From the NCBI RefSeq assembly GCF_032444005.1, contig NC_091287.1, forward strand, positions 559,798,001-559,862,000: a stretch of DNA of 64,000 bases, given 5' to 3'. Made by a program: the position numbers and the translations under genes. The DNA is from Ranitomeya imitator (Eukaryota). Shown one piece after another: positions 33,641 through 45,165 of this stretch. Within the stretch, counting starts at the first letter, position 1. Each line of letters starts with the position of its first letter. The notes under the pieces were generated by a model. The model had not been told where the DNA came from. It was given only the letters and a program-made list of their open reading frames with translations, and did not search any database.

Positions 33641-35559
33641 AAAACTTCAGAGTAAAAAAAAAGAAAGTCTAAATACTATGGAAGCTGCAGGTGTCTAGGG
33701 GACGTCCTGACACCTGCCGGACATGCAGCAGAGATCTTAGATTACCGGGAACAGGTAGCAGACAGATCTCCAGAATAACTAGAAAGTATGAATACCATGG
33801 AAGCCGCAGCCAAAAAGGCGACGTCCTAAAGACCTTTATTTTTTCTTTTTCTATGATTTCTACACGACCCTTCTATTATTTTGAGTTAATTATTGATTAT
33901 ATTCCTGATTTCTGCTCCACGTTGGTGCGGTGAGTCACTTACGCCATGGTCCATTAGGAGCGGGGAGGGTGGTCTGCCATGTCTCTATCCCTGCAGACGT
34001 CAGCCCGGCCGGTGAGATTGATGGGAGGTTGCGGTGTCCCTCGGAAAGTAAATACATGGAGCCTAATGAATGAGATATATCCTGTCCACTCCTGTCCCAG
34101 ATAAGTATTTAACAGCCGGTATTGGATTTTTGTGGTATCTTTCAGTAACTGGTGCATTATGACCATTAATGGATTTTTGAAGCTTGATTGATTTTTCATT
34201 AATTTGGTAAAAATCTTTCTCATCTCCCATATAATTCTGTCTTAAAACGCTGGCGGTGACAGCTCGATAAGTCATACGTCTCATAATGCAGAACGCGCCA
34301 TCAATCTCCGGCAGCTCCCCGATTATCCCGGGCCCGGCGCACCCATCATTTTTCACTCTGCGCTCTGATGAAAGTAAACACTGAATTATTAACACACTTT
34401 GACTTGGGCATCGCAGATGGATTTATGGCGGACATTACGCCGGGGTCCTGTGATTAGCTTACCTGTCCTCCCTGCCTTCCTGTAGGTTAATGTACTCCCA
34501 CGATATTTCATAATATTGGATAAGACCGGTCAAAGCAAAATGTGACACCCCCCCCCCCCACCACACACCAGGAAAGGAAAAAGAAAAATATATAAAAATT
34601 AAAACAAAAATTCACAATTTACGTATAATGATTATTAAACATTTCAAGTATAATAATGAAATCACAAAATGTGTTTCCAAACCAAAAGAAAATAAACTTG
34701 AGAAAATGTGAAAAAATATATATATATACAGTGGGGCAAAAAAGTATTTAGTCAGTCAGCAATAGTGCAAGTTCCACCACTTAAAAAGATGAGAGGCGTC
34801 TGTAATTTACATCATAGGTAGACCTCAACTATGGGAGACAAACTGAGAAAAAAAAATCCAGAAAATCACATTGTCTGTTTTTTTATCATTTTATTTGCAT
34901 ATTATGGTGGAAAATAAGTATTTGGTCAGAAACAAACAATCAAGATTTCTGACTCTCACAGACCTGTAACTTCTTCTTTAACCCCTTTACCCCCAAGGGT
35001 GGTTTGCACGTTAATGACCGGTCCAATTTTTACAATTCTGACCACTGTCCCTTTATGAGGTTATAACTCCGAAACGCTTCAACGGATCCTGGTGATTCTG
35101 ACACTGTTTTCTCGTGACATATTGTACTTCATGATAGTGGTAAAATTTCTTTGATAGTACCTGCGTTTATTTGTGAAAAAAACGGAAATTTGGCGAAAAT
35201 TTTGAAAATTTCGCAATTTTCAAACTTTGAATTTTTATGCAATTAAATCACAGAGATATGTCACACAAAATACTTAATAAGTAACATTTCCCACATGTCT
35301 CCTTTACATCAGCATAATTTTGGAACCAATTTTTTTTTTTGTTAGGGAGTTATAAGGGTTAAAAGTTGACCAGCAATTTCTCATTTTTACAACACCATTT
35401 TTTTTGAGGGACCACGTCTCATTTGAAGTCATTTTCAGGGGTCTATATGATAGAAAATGCCCAAGTGTGACACCATTCTAAAAACTGCACCCATCAAGGT
35501 GCTCAAAACCACATTCAAGAAGTTTATTAACCCTTCAGGTGTTTAATAGGAATTTTTGG

Positions 35560-37810
35560 AATGTTTAAATAAAAATGAACATTTAACTTTTTTACACAAA
35601 AAATTTACTTCAGCTCCAATTTGTTTTATTTTACCAAGGGTAACAGGAGAAATTGGACCCAAAAAGTTGTTGTCCAATTTGTCCTGAGTACGCTGATACC
35701 CCATATGTGGCAGTAAACCACTGTTTGGGCGCATGGGAGAGCTCGGAAGGGAAGGAGCGCTATTTGACTTTTCAATGCAAAATTGACAGGAATTGAGATG
35801 GGACGCCATGTTGCGTTTGGAGAGCCACTGATGTGCCTAAACATTGAAACCCCCCACAAGTGACACCATTTTGGAAAGTAGACCCCCTAAGGAACTTATC
35901 TGGATGTGTGGTGAGCACTTTGACCCACCAAGTGATTCACAGAAGTTTATAATGCAGAACCGTAAAAATAAAAAATCATATTTTTTCACAAAAATTATAT
36001 TTTTGCCCCCAATTTTTTATTTTTCCAAGGGTAAGAGAAGAAATTGGACCTCAAAAGTTGTTGTCCAATTTGTCCTGAGTACGCTGATACCCCATATGTG
36101 GCAGTAAACCACTGTTTGGGCGCATGGGAGAGCTCGGAAGGGAAGGAGCGCAGTTTGACTTTTCAATGCAAAATTGACAGAAATTGAGATGGGACGCCAT
36201 GTTGCGTTTGGAGAGCCACTGATGTGCCTAAACATTGAAACCCCCCACAAGTGACACCATTTTGGAAAGTAGACCCCCTAAGGAACTTATCTAGAGGTGT
36301 GGTAAGTACTTTGACCCACCAAGTGCTTCACAGAAGTTTATAATGCAGAACCGTAAAAATAAAAAAATCATATTTTTTCACAAAAATTATATTTTTGCCC
36401 CCAATTTTTTATTTTTCCAAGGGTAAGAGAAGAAATTGGACCTCAAAAGTTGTTGTCCAATTTGTCCCGAGTACGCTGATACCCCATATGTGGCAGTAAA
36501 CCACTGTTTGGGCGCATGGGAGAGCTCGGAAGGGAAGGAGCGCCGTTTGACTTTTCAATGCAAAATTGACAGGAATTGAGATGGGACGCCATGTTGCGTT
36601 TGGAGAGCCACTGATGTGCCTAAACATTGAAACCCCCCACAAGTGACACCATTTTGGAAAGTAGACCCCCTAAGGAACTTATCTGGATGTGTGGTGAGCA
36701 CTTTGACCCACCAAGGGCTTCACAGAAGTTTATAATGCAGAGCCATAAAAATAAAACAAAATTTTTTTCCCACAAAAATTATTTTTTAGCCCCCAGATTT
36801 GTATTTTCCCTAGGGTAACAGGAGAAATTGGACCCCAAAAGTTGTTGTCCAATTTGTCCTGAGTACGCTGATACCCCATATGTGGGGGGGAACCACCGTT
36901 TGGGCGCATGGGAGGGCTCGGAAGGGAAGGAGCGCCATTTGGAATGCAGACTTAGATGGAATGGTCTGCAGGCGTCACATTGCGTTTGCAGAGCCCCTAA
37001 TGTACCTAAACAGTAGAAACCCCCCACAAGTGACACCATTTTGGAAAGTAGACCCCCTAAGGAACTCATCTTGATGTGTTGTGAGAGCTTTGAACCCCCA
37101 AGTATTTCACTACAGTTTATAACGCAGAGCCATGCAAATAAAAAATATTTTTTTTTCCACAAAAATTATATTTTAGCCCCCAGTTTTGTATTTTTCCAAG
37201 GTTAGCAGGAGAAATTGGACCCTAAATGTTGTTGTCCAATTTGTCCTGAGTACGCTGATACCCGATATGTGGGGGGGAACCACCGTTTGGGCGCATGGGA
37301 GGGCTCGGAAGGGAAGGAGCATCATTTGGAATGCAGACTTAGATGGATTGGTCTGCAGGCGTCACATTGCGTTTGCAGAGCCCCTAATGTACCTAAACAG
37401 TAGAAACCCCCCACAAGTGACCCCATATTGGAAACTAGACCCCTCAATGAACTTATCTAGATGTGTTGTGAGAACTTTGAACCCCCAAGTGTTTCACTAC
37501 AGTTTATAACGCAGAGCCGTGAAAATAAAAAATCTTTTTGTTTTCCCACAAAAATTATTTTTTAGCCCCCAGTTTTGTATTTTCCCAAGGGTAACAGGAG
37601 AAATTGGTCCACAAAAGTTGTTGTCCAATTTGTCCTGAGTACGCTGATACCCCATATGTTGGGGTAAACCCCTGTTTGGGCACACAGGAGAGCTCGGAAG
37701 GGAAGGAGCACTGTTTTACTTTTTCAACGCAGAATTGGCTGGAATTGAGATCGGACGCCATGTCATGTTTGGAGAGCCCCTGATGTGCCGAAACAGTGGA
37801 AACCCCCCAA
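35560..37810. repeat. Tandem array of ~390-bp units inside the piggyBac-like element
   Basis: AAATTGG anchor at 35650, 36041, 36433, 36825, 37212 and 37601. Confidence 0.9.
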
Positions 37811-37819
37811 TTATAACTG

Positions 37820-37972
37820 AAACCCTAATCTAAACACACCCCTAACCCTAATTCCAACGGTAACCCTAACCACACCTCTAACCCTGACACACCCCTAACC
37901 CTAATCCCAACCCTATTCCCAACTGTAAATGTAATCTAAACCCTAACCCTAACTTTAGCCCCAACCCTAACT
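37820..37972. repeat. Degenerate telomere-like (CCCTAA)n tract
   Basis: Multiple CCCTAA/CCCTAACCCTAA units with variants, running into the gap. Confidence 0.7.
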
Positions 37973-38236
37973 NNNNNNNNNNNNNNNNNNNNNNNNNNNN
38001 NNNNNNNNNNNNNNNNNNNNNNNNNNNNNNNNNNNNNNNNNNNNNNNNNNNNNNNNNNNNNNNNNNNNNNNNNNNNNNNNNNNNNNNNNNNNNNNNNNNN
38101 NNNNNNNNNNNNNNNNNNNNNNNNNNNNNNNNNNNNNNNNNNNNNNNNNNNNNNNNNNNNNNNNNNNNNNNNNNNNNNNNNNNNNNNNNNNNNNNNNNNN
38201 NNNNNNNNNNNNNNNNNNNNNNNNNNNNNNNNNNNN
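37973..38236. other. Assembly gap (264 N)
   Basis: Run of N. Confidence 1.
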
Positions 38237-39813
38237 TAAATACATTTTTTTTTATTTGTCCCTAACTAAGGGGGTGATGAAGGGGGGTTTGATTTACTTT
38301 TATAGCGAGTTTTTTAGCGGATTTTTATGATTGGCAGCCGTCACACACTGAAAGACCCTTTTTATTGCAAAAAATATTTTTTGCAATACCACATTTTGAG
38401 AGCTATAATTTTTCCATATTTTGGTCCACAGAGTCATGTGAGGTCTTGTTTTTTGCGGGACGAGTTGACGTTTTTATTGAAAACATTTTTGGGCACGTGA
38501 CATTTTTTGATCGCTTTTTATTCCGATTTTTGTGAGGAAGAATGACCAAAAGCCAGCTATTCATGAATTTCTATTGGGGGAGGCGTTTATACCGTTCCGC
38601 GTTTGGTAAAATTGATAAATCAGTTTTATTCTTCGGGTCAGTACGATTACAGCGATACCTTATTTATATCATTTTTTTATGGTTTGGCGCTTTTATACGA
38701 TAAAAACTATTTTACAGAAAAAATAATTATTTTTGCATCGCTTTATTCTCAGGACTATAACTTTTTTACTTTTTTGCTGATGATGCTGTATGGCAGCTCT
38801 TTTTTTGCGGGACAATATGACGCTTTCAGCGGTACCATGGTTATTTATATCTGTCCTTTTGATCACGTGTTATTCCACTTTTTGTTCGGCGGTATGATAA
38901 TAAAGCGTTGTTTTTTGCCTCGTTTTTTTTTTTTTTTTCTTACGGTGTTTACTGAAGGGGTTAACTAGTGGGACAGTTTTATAGGTCGGGTCGTTACGGA
39001 CGCGGCGATACTAAATATGTGTACTTTTATTGTTTTTTTTTTTTTATTTAGATGAAGAAATGTATTTATGGGAATAATATATATATTTTTTTTTCATTAT
39101 TTTGGAATATTTTTTTTTATTTTTTTTACACATTTGGAAAAATTTTTTTTTACTTTTTTACTTTGTCCCAGGGGGGGACATCACAGATCAGTGATCTGAC
39201 AGTTTGCACAGCACTCTGTCAGATCACTGATCTGACATGCAGCGCTGCAGGCTTCACAGTGCCTGCTCTGAGCAGGCTCTGTGAAGCCACCTCCCTCCCT
39301 GCAGGACCCGGATCCGCGGCCATCTTGGATCCGGGGCTGGAGGGAGCAGGGAGGGAGGTGAGACCCTCGCAGCAACGCGATCACATCGCGTTGCTCCGGG
39401 GGTCTCAGGGAAGCCCGCAGGGAGCCCCCTCCCTGCGCGGTGCTTCCCTGCACCGCCGGCACATCGCGATCATCTTTGATCGCGGTGTGCCAGGGGTTAA
39501 TGTGCCGGGGGCGGTCCGTGACCGCTCCTGGCAAATAGTGCCGGATGTCAGCTGCGATAAGCAGCTGACACCCGGCCGCGATCGGCCGCGCTCCCCCCGT
39601 GAGCGCGGCCGATCGGCTATGACGTACTATCCCGTCCAGGGTCAGATAAGCCCAGGGCACCTCGACGGGATAGTACGTCTAAGGTCACAGAGGGGTTAAG
39701 AGGCTCCTCTGTCCTCCACTCATTACCTGTAGTAATGGCACCTGTTTAAACTTGTTATCAGTATAAAAAGACACCTGTGCACACCCTCAAACAGTCTGAC
39801 TCCAAACTCCAGT

Positions 39814-40835
39814 ATGGTGAAGACCAAAGAGCTGTCAAAGGACACCAGAAACAAAATTGTAGCCCTGCACCAGGCTGGGAAGACTGAATCTGCAATAGCC
39901 AACCAGCTTGGAGTGAAGAAATCAACAGTGGGAGCAATAATTAGAAAATGGAAGACATACAAGACCACTGATAATCTCCCTCGATCTTGGCTCCACGCAA
40001 AATCCCACCCCGTGGGGTCAGAATGATCACAAGAACGGTGAGCAAAACTCCCAGAACCACGTGGGGGGACCTAGTGAATGAACTGCAGAGAGCTGGGACC
40101 AATGTAACAAGGCCTACCATAAGTAACACACTACGCCACCATGGACTCAGATCCTGCAGTGCCAGACGTGTCCCACTGCTTAAGCCAGTACATGTCCGGG
40201 CCCGTCTGAAGTTTGCTAGAGAGCATTTGGATGATCCAGAGGAGTTTTGGGAGAATGTCCTATGGTCTGATGAAACCAAACTGGAACTGTTTGGTAGAAA
40301 CACAACTTGTCGTGTTTGGAGGAAAAAGAATACTGAGTTGCATCCATCAAACACCATACCTACTGTAAAGCATGGTGGTGGAAACATCATGCTTTGGGGC
40401 TGTTTCTCTGCAAAGGGGCCAGGACGACTGATCCGGGTACATGAAAGAATGAATGGGGCCATGTATCGTGAGATTTTGAGTGCAAACCTCCTTCCATCAG
40501 CAAGGGCATTGAAGATGAAACGTGGCTGGGTCTTTCAACATGACAATGATCCAAAGCACACCGCCAGGGCAACGAAGGAGTGGCTTCGTAAGAAGCATTT
40601 CAAGGTCCTGGAGTGGCCTAGCCAGTCTCCAGATCTCAACCCTATAGAAAACCTTTGGAGGGAGTTGTAAGTCCGTGTTGCCAAGCGAAAAGCCAAAAAC
40701 ATCACTGCTCTAGAGGAGATCTGCATGGAGGAATGGGCCAACATACCAACAACAGTGTGTGGCAACCTTGTGAAGACTTACAGAAAACGTTTGACCTCTG
40801 TCATTGCCAACAAAGGATATATTACAAAGTATTGA
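39814..40835 (+). pseudogene. Tc1-C transposase (frameshift near 39985, stop at 40668-40670)
   Basis: ORF pieces 39814..40026 and 39987..40670; DD34E (HDNDPKH...DLNPIE). Confidence 0.92.
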
Positions 40836-41080
40836 GATGAAATTTTGTTTCTGACCAAATACTTATTTTCCACCATAATATGCAAATAAAATGTTAAAAA
40901 AACAGACAATGTGATTTTCTGGATTTTTTTTTCTCAGTTTGTCTCCCATAGTTGAGGTCTACCTATGATGTAAATTACAGACGCCTCTCATCTTTTTAAG
41001 TGGTGGAACTTGCACTATTGCTGACTGACTAAATACTTTTTTGCCCCACTGTGTATACAGTATATATATATATATATATA

Positions 41081-42629
41081 CAGTACAGACCAAAAGTTTG
41101 GACACACCTTCTCATTTAAAGATCTTTCTTTTAAAAAAAAAGTGTGAAACAACTGAAATTATGTCTTATATTCTAGGTTCTTCCAAGTAGCCACGTTTTG
41201 CTTTGATGACTGCTTTGCACACTCTTGGCATTCTCTTGATGAGATTCAAGAGGTAGTCACCGGGAATGGTTTTCACTTCACAGGTGTGCCCTGTCAGGTT
41301 TAATAAGTGGGATTTCTTGCCGTATAAATGGGGTTGGGATCATCAGTTGTGTTGAGCAGAAGTCTGGTGGATACACAGCTGATAGTCCTACTGAAGAGAC
41401 TGTTAGAATTTGTATTATGGCAAGAAAAAAGCATCTAAGTAAAGAAAAACGAGTGGCCATCATTACTTTAAGAAATGAAGGTCAGTCAGTCCGAAAAAAT
41501 GGGAAAACTTTGAAAGTGTCCCCAAGTGCGGTGGCAAAAACCATCAAGCGCTACAAAGAAACTGGCTCACATGAGGACCTCCCCAGGAAAGGAAGACCAA
41601 GAGTCACCTCTGCTTCTGAGGATAAGTTTATCCGAGTCACCAGCCTCAGAAATCGCAGGTTAACAGCAGCTCAGATTAGAGACCAGGTCAATGCCACACA
41701 GTTCTAGCAGCAGACACATCTCTACAACAACTGTTAAGAGGAGACTTTGTGCAGCAGGCCTTCATGGTAAAATAGCTGCTAGGAAACCACTGCTAAGGAC
41801 AGGTAACAAGCAGAAGAGACTTGTTTGGGCTAAAGAACGCAAGGAATGGACATTAGACCAGTGGAAATCTGTGCTTTGGTCTGATGAGTCCAAATTTGAG
41901 ATCTTTGGTTCCAACCACTGTGTCTTTGTGCGACACAGAAAAGGTGAACGGATGGACTCTACATGCCTGGTTCCCACCGTGAAGCATGGAGGAGGAGGTG
42001 TGATGGTGTGGGGGGCTTTGCTGGTGACACTGTTGGGGATTTATTCAAAATTGAAGGCATACTGAACCAGCATGGCTACCACAGCATCTTGCAGCGGCAT
42101 GCTATTCCATCCGGTTTGCATTTAGTTGGACCATCATTTATTTTTCAACAGGACAATGACCCCAAACACATCTCCAGGCTGTGTAAGGGCTATTTGACCA
42201 AGAAGGAGAGTGATGGGGTGCTACACCAGATGACCTGGCCTCCACAGTCACCAGACCTGAACCCAATCGAGATGGTTTGGGGTGAGCTGGACCGCAGAGT
42301 GAAGGCAAAAGGGCCAACAAGTGCTAAGCATCTCTGGGAACTCCTTCAAGATTGTTGGAAGACCATTCCCGGTGACTACCTCTTGAAGCTCATCAAGAGA
42401 ATGCCAAGAGTGTACAAAGCAGTCATCAAAGCAAAAGGTGGCTACTGTGAAGAACCTAGAATATAAGACATAATTTCAGTTGTTTCACACTTTTTTGTTA
42501 AGTATATAATTCCACATGTGTTAATTCATAGTTTTGATGCCTCCAGTGTGAATGTACAATTTTCATAGTCATGACAATACAGAAAAATCTTTAAATGAGA
42601 AGGTGTGTCCAAACTTTTGGTCTGTACTG
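41081..42629 (+). mobile_element. Tc1-like element 'Tc1-D' with DD38E spacing (Intruder-type), 1549 bp
   Basis: TIR CAGTACAGACCAAAAGTTTGGACACACCT / AGGTGTGTCCAAACTTTTGGTCTGTACTG, TA flanks; QQD-NDPKH...DLNPI-E has 38 residues between D and E. Confidence 0.9.
41417..42466 (+). pseudogene. Tc1-D transposase, broken into three ORF pieces
   Basis: Track ORFs 41417..41707, 41691..42065 (WSDESKFE) and 41963..42466. Confidence 0.9.
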
Positions 42630-42642
42630 TATATATATATAT

Positions 42643-42717
<75 letters not shown>
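42630..42717. repeat. (TA)n + (GATA)n microsatellite
   Basis: Direct. Confidence 0.95.
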
Positions 42718-42808
42718 CAGTCGTGCTCAAAAGTTTACATACCCTGGCAGAATTTTTGCTTTCTTGGCCTTTTTTTCAGAGAATATGAATGATAACACCA
42801 AAACTTTT
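42718..42808 (+). mobile_element. Truncated Tc1 left end (same family as 29733)
   Basis: TA|CAGTCGTGCTCAAAAGTTTACATACCCTGGCAG... Confidence 0.7.
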
Positions 42809-43094
42809 ATATATGTCTATAAAAAGAAATACTACATTAGTTTCAAAATTTCAATTGAGTAAAATGCTATTTAAGCAACCAAAATACTTCCAAAATTTAC
42901 ATAAGATAATTAAAAAAAAAATCCCAAAATAATTCAAAACTATTTCTGCATGACAAACATAAAGATTGGAACAGCACCAGGGCTCGCCTTCTGGTTCTAT
43001 GCCCCTTTGCTTATTTCACCGATATATACCAATTGCGTTTTCCAGATAAAGCTACTGGATACGGTGCTCTGCTCAATAAGTAACAGTAATCTTC

Positions 43095-43647
43095 ATATCT
43101 CATCAAAGGATAATAAAAGAAGCGGCACTCACCAGTTTGCTGAAAAAAGTGTCTTTAATGCAGCCTTAATCCATGCTTACAGGCTATTCAGACACGTTGC
43201 AGGTGATTGTGAGGGTGCGGGGAGTGAAGGAGGACGACGGCCGTTTCGTGCAATCAGCACTTTGACGGGTCCATGTGGGCTTAAACGACAAATTGGATAT
43301 GGCCGTATTTCTATAAAATTCTATAAATCTCATATAGTGTTGCAACAAGCATTTGAGTATTTTTACTGACAATGTTTAAATTATAAGTATTTGGCAAATG
43401 TATGAAAAAAAAAACAAAAAAAAAACATGTATGTCAGTAATTTACCTTGATGCGCATATTGCCTTTAAAAGGAAATGACATCATTTTACCCCCACATGGA
43501 CCCGTCGAAGTGCTGATTGCACGAAACGGCCGTCGTCCTCCTTCACTCCCCGCACCCTCACAATCACCTGCAACGTGTCTGAATTAAAGACACTTTTTTC
43601 AGCAAACTGGTGAGTGCCGCTTCTTTTATTATCCTTTGATGAGATAT
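43095..43647. mobile_element. Penelope-like inverted terminal fragments (second family)
   Basis: Arms 43095-43279 and 43491-43647 (the right arm lacks ~28 bp), 211-bp spacer; hammerhead-shaped motif in each arm; ATTAAA at 43583-43588 followed by GGTGAGTGCCG. Confidence 0.6.
43498..43538 (+). ncRNA. Putative minimal type I hammerhead-like RNA motif, variant core
   Basis: GGAC CCGTCGAA GTGC-TGATT-GCAC GAAAC-GGCC-GTC GTCC; the mirror copy on - at 43232-43272 has core CCGTCAAA. Confidence 0.5.
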
Positions 43648-43858
43648 AATTCAAAACTATCCATATGTAAAAAATTTAAAAAATGAGTTATAACAAAAGC
43701 AACGAAGAACAGTGCAAAACTTTAGATAAAATATATTTAAAATAAAATATAAAAAAATTCATATACTTATATAAAATAAATGCTAAAAAATGTCAAATGT
43801 AGTTAAAAAAAAATGGAGCAAATGATGAAAACATGTAAGAAATTATTCAGACATGTAA

Positions 43859-44224
43859 AGCTATGTGCACACGTTCAGGAATGTCTGCATGATTTTGCTG
43901 AGCAAAACCGGACTCCCTGTGCAGGAAATCCGCTAGCTTTTTTTTTCCTGTTTTTTTCGCTAATTTTTCTCGTTTTTTCCACAGCTTCCAAATGCAATAA
44001 TATAGCAGCAAAACCATGAAAAATCCGCAAAATTAATGAATATGCTGTTTTTTTTTTTCCACGATGCGTTTTTTTTTTCACGGAAAAAAATACAGCATGG
44101 GCACAGAAATTGCAGAATGCACTAAAAATTATGCGATGTTTAATGTTTAAGCGTTTTTGCAGCTGAAAACCGCAGAAAAAATGTGAAAAAAACGCGAAAA
44201 ATCCTGAACGTGTGCACACAGCCT
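43859..44224. mobile_element. MITE with TAA TSD (PIF/Harbinger-like)
   Basis: AGCTATGTGCACACGTTCAGGA / TCCTGAACGTGTGCACACAGCCT; TAA at 43856-43858 and 44225-44227. Confidence 0.85.
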
Positions 44225-45165
44225 TAAAGATATTCAAAAAAATCAAATCTAGTTAAAAATGTATAGAAAATAAATGATAAAAAAAAATCCAAAAATTGTT
44301 TAAAAATATTTAGAAAATAAATTCTAAAAAAATCTCCAAACAACAGTTTCAAAAAATCAATTATATTAAAATAAAAACGCAACAAAATTGGAAATATTTT
44401 CTGTAGCAATTGTAATCACTCCCATCAGCCCCTACTCTACAGTGTGATTTTGGGTGGGTGGAGAGTGTACAAGTTGGAGGAGACCATAGTCATGGAGGCT
44501 CCATGCTGATTGTGTCCTTGGTAGATTAGGATGCCACAACTGACCGCTTATCCGTGGCACTTCCACAAGAGCCAAAATAAACTTGTAGCCTCCAGTGGAT
44601 CTTAGAAGAAAAACATTGTGGTAGAATCAAACCTCAGAACCTTCCCAAATCCAGTGGGACAGACACAAATTTCGTGAACTGTCCCACTGTGATCGGAGCT
44701 CCAGGATATATCTCGGCTTCCAGTGTATCTGTGTCATCAAAACACATAAATACTTGAATACAATGATGGAGCAAGAGCCGTCAACTCTCTGCTCCACCAT
44801 TTTGTCTGGGTAGGGACTAAAGGTCCTGCAGGTCACATGACATTCTCAGGTCAGCTGATTGGCCATCAGACCTCAGTGGCAGAGAAGCAGAAGTTTATAA
44901 GAGGACACCCAGGCCAGTGCAATTCTGGTGTAGTGTATGGGGGCCGTAGGGCATTATACTGTGTGTGTGGGATGTGAGGGCCTAATATTGTGTGAGGGGT
45001 CTGTGGGGTCTTTACATTGTGTGTGGGTTCTCTGGAGCTTCATACTGTGTGGGGCTTCATACTGGGTTTGGGGGGTTTATCCTGAGAGAGAGAGATGTGG
45101 GGCTTCATACAGTGTGAGGTCTGTGGGGCTTCATATTGTGTGTGGGGGTCTTCATACTGTGTGTG

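Larger units (their letters stand above)
34982..39695. mobile_element. TTAA-flanked non-autonomous piggyBac-like composite element (spans an assembly gap)
   Basis: TTAA|CCCCT...AGGGG|TTAA; six 387-392 bp internal tandem units; 16-bp subterminal inverted repeat GACGTACTATCCCGTC (39621-39636) / GACGGGATAGTACGTC (39664-39679). No transposase visible. Confidence 0.75.
34729..41051 (+). mobile_element. Tc1 DD34E element 'Tc1-C' (same family as Tc1-B), interrupted by a 4.7-kb insertion
   Basis: Same TIRs as Tc1-B; flanks TA / TG; the sequence rejoins exactly across TTAA at 34978-34981 / 39696-39699. Confidence 0.9.

Noticed and set aside
37820-37972. True chromosome end
   Set aside because: The tract is short and degenerate, and the enclosing Tc1-C resumes exactly after the gap, so it is interstitial.
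37967-38245. 92-aa ORF
   Set aside because: Translation of the N gap.
42640-42717. Sex-linked Bkm (GATA)n marker
   Set aside because: GATA microsatellites are ubiquitous; nothing here indicates sex linkage.
44855-44905. CCAAT plus TATA promoter (ATTGG ... TTTATAAG)
   Set aside because: Short motifs expected by chance, with no downstream gene evidence.
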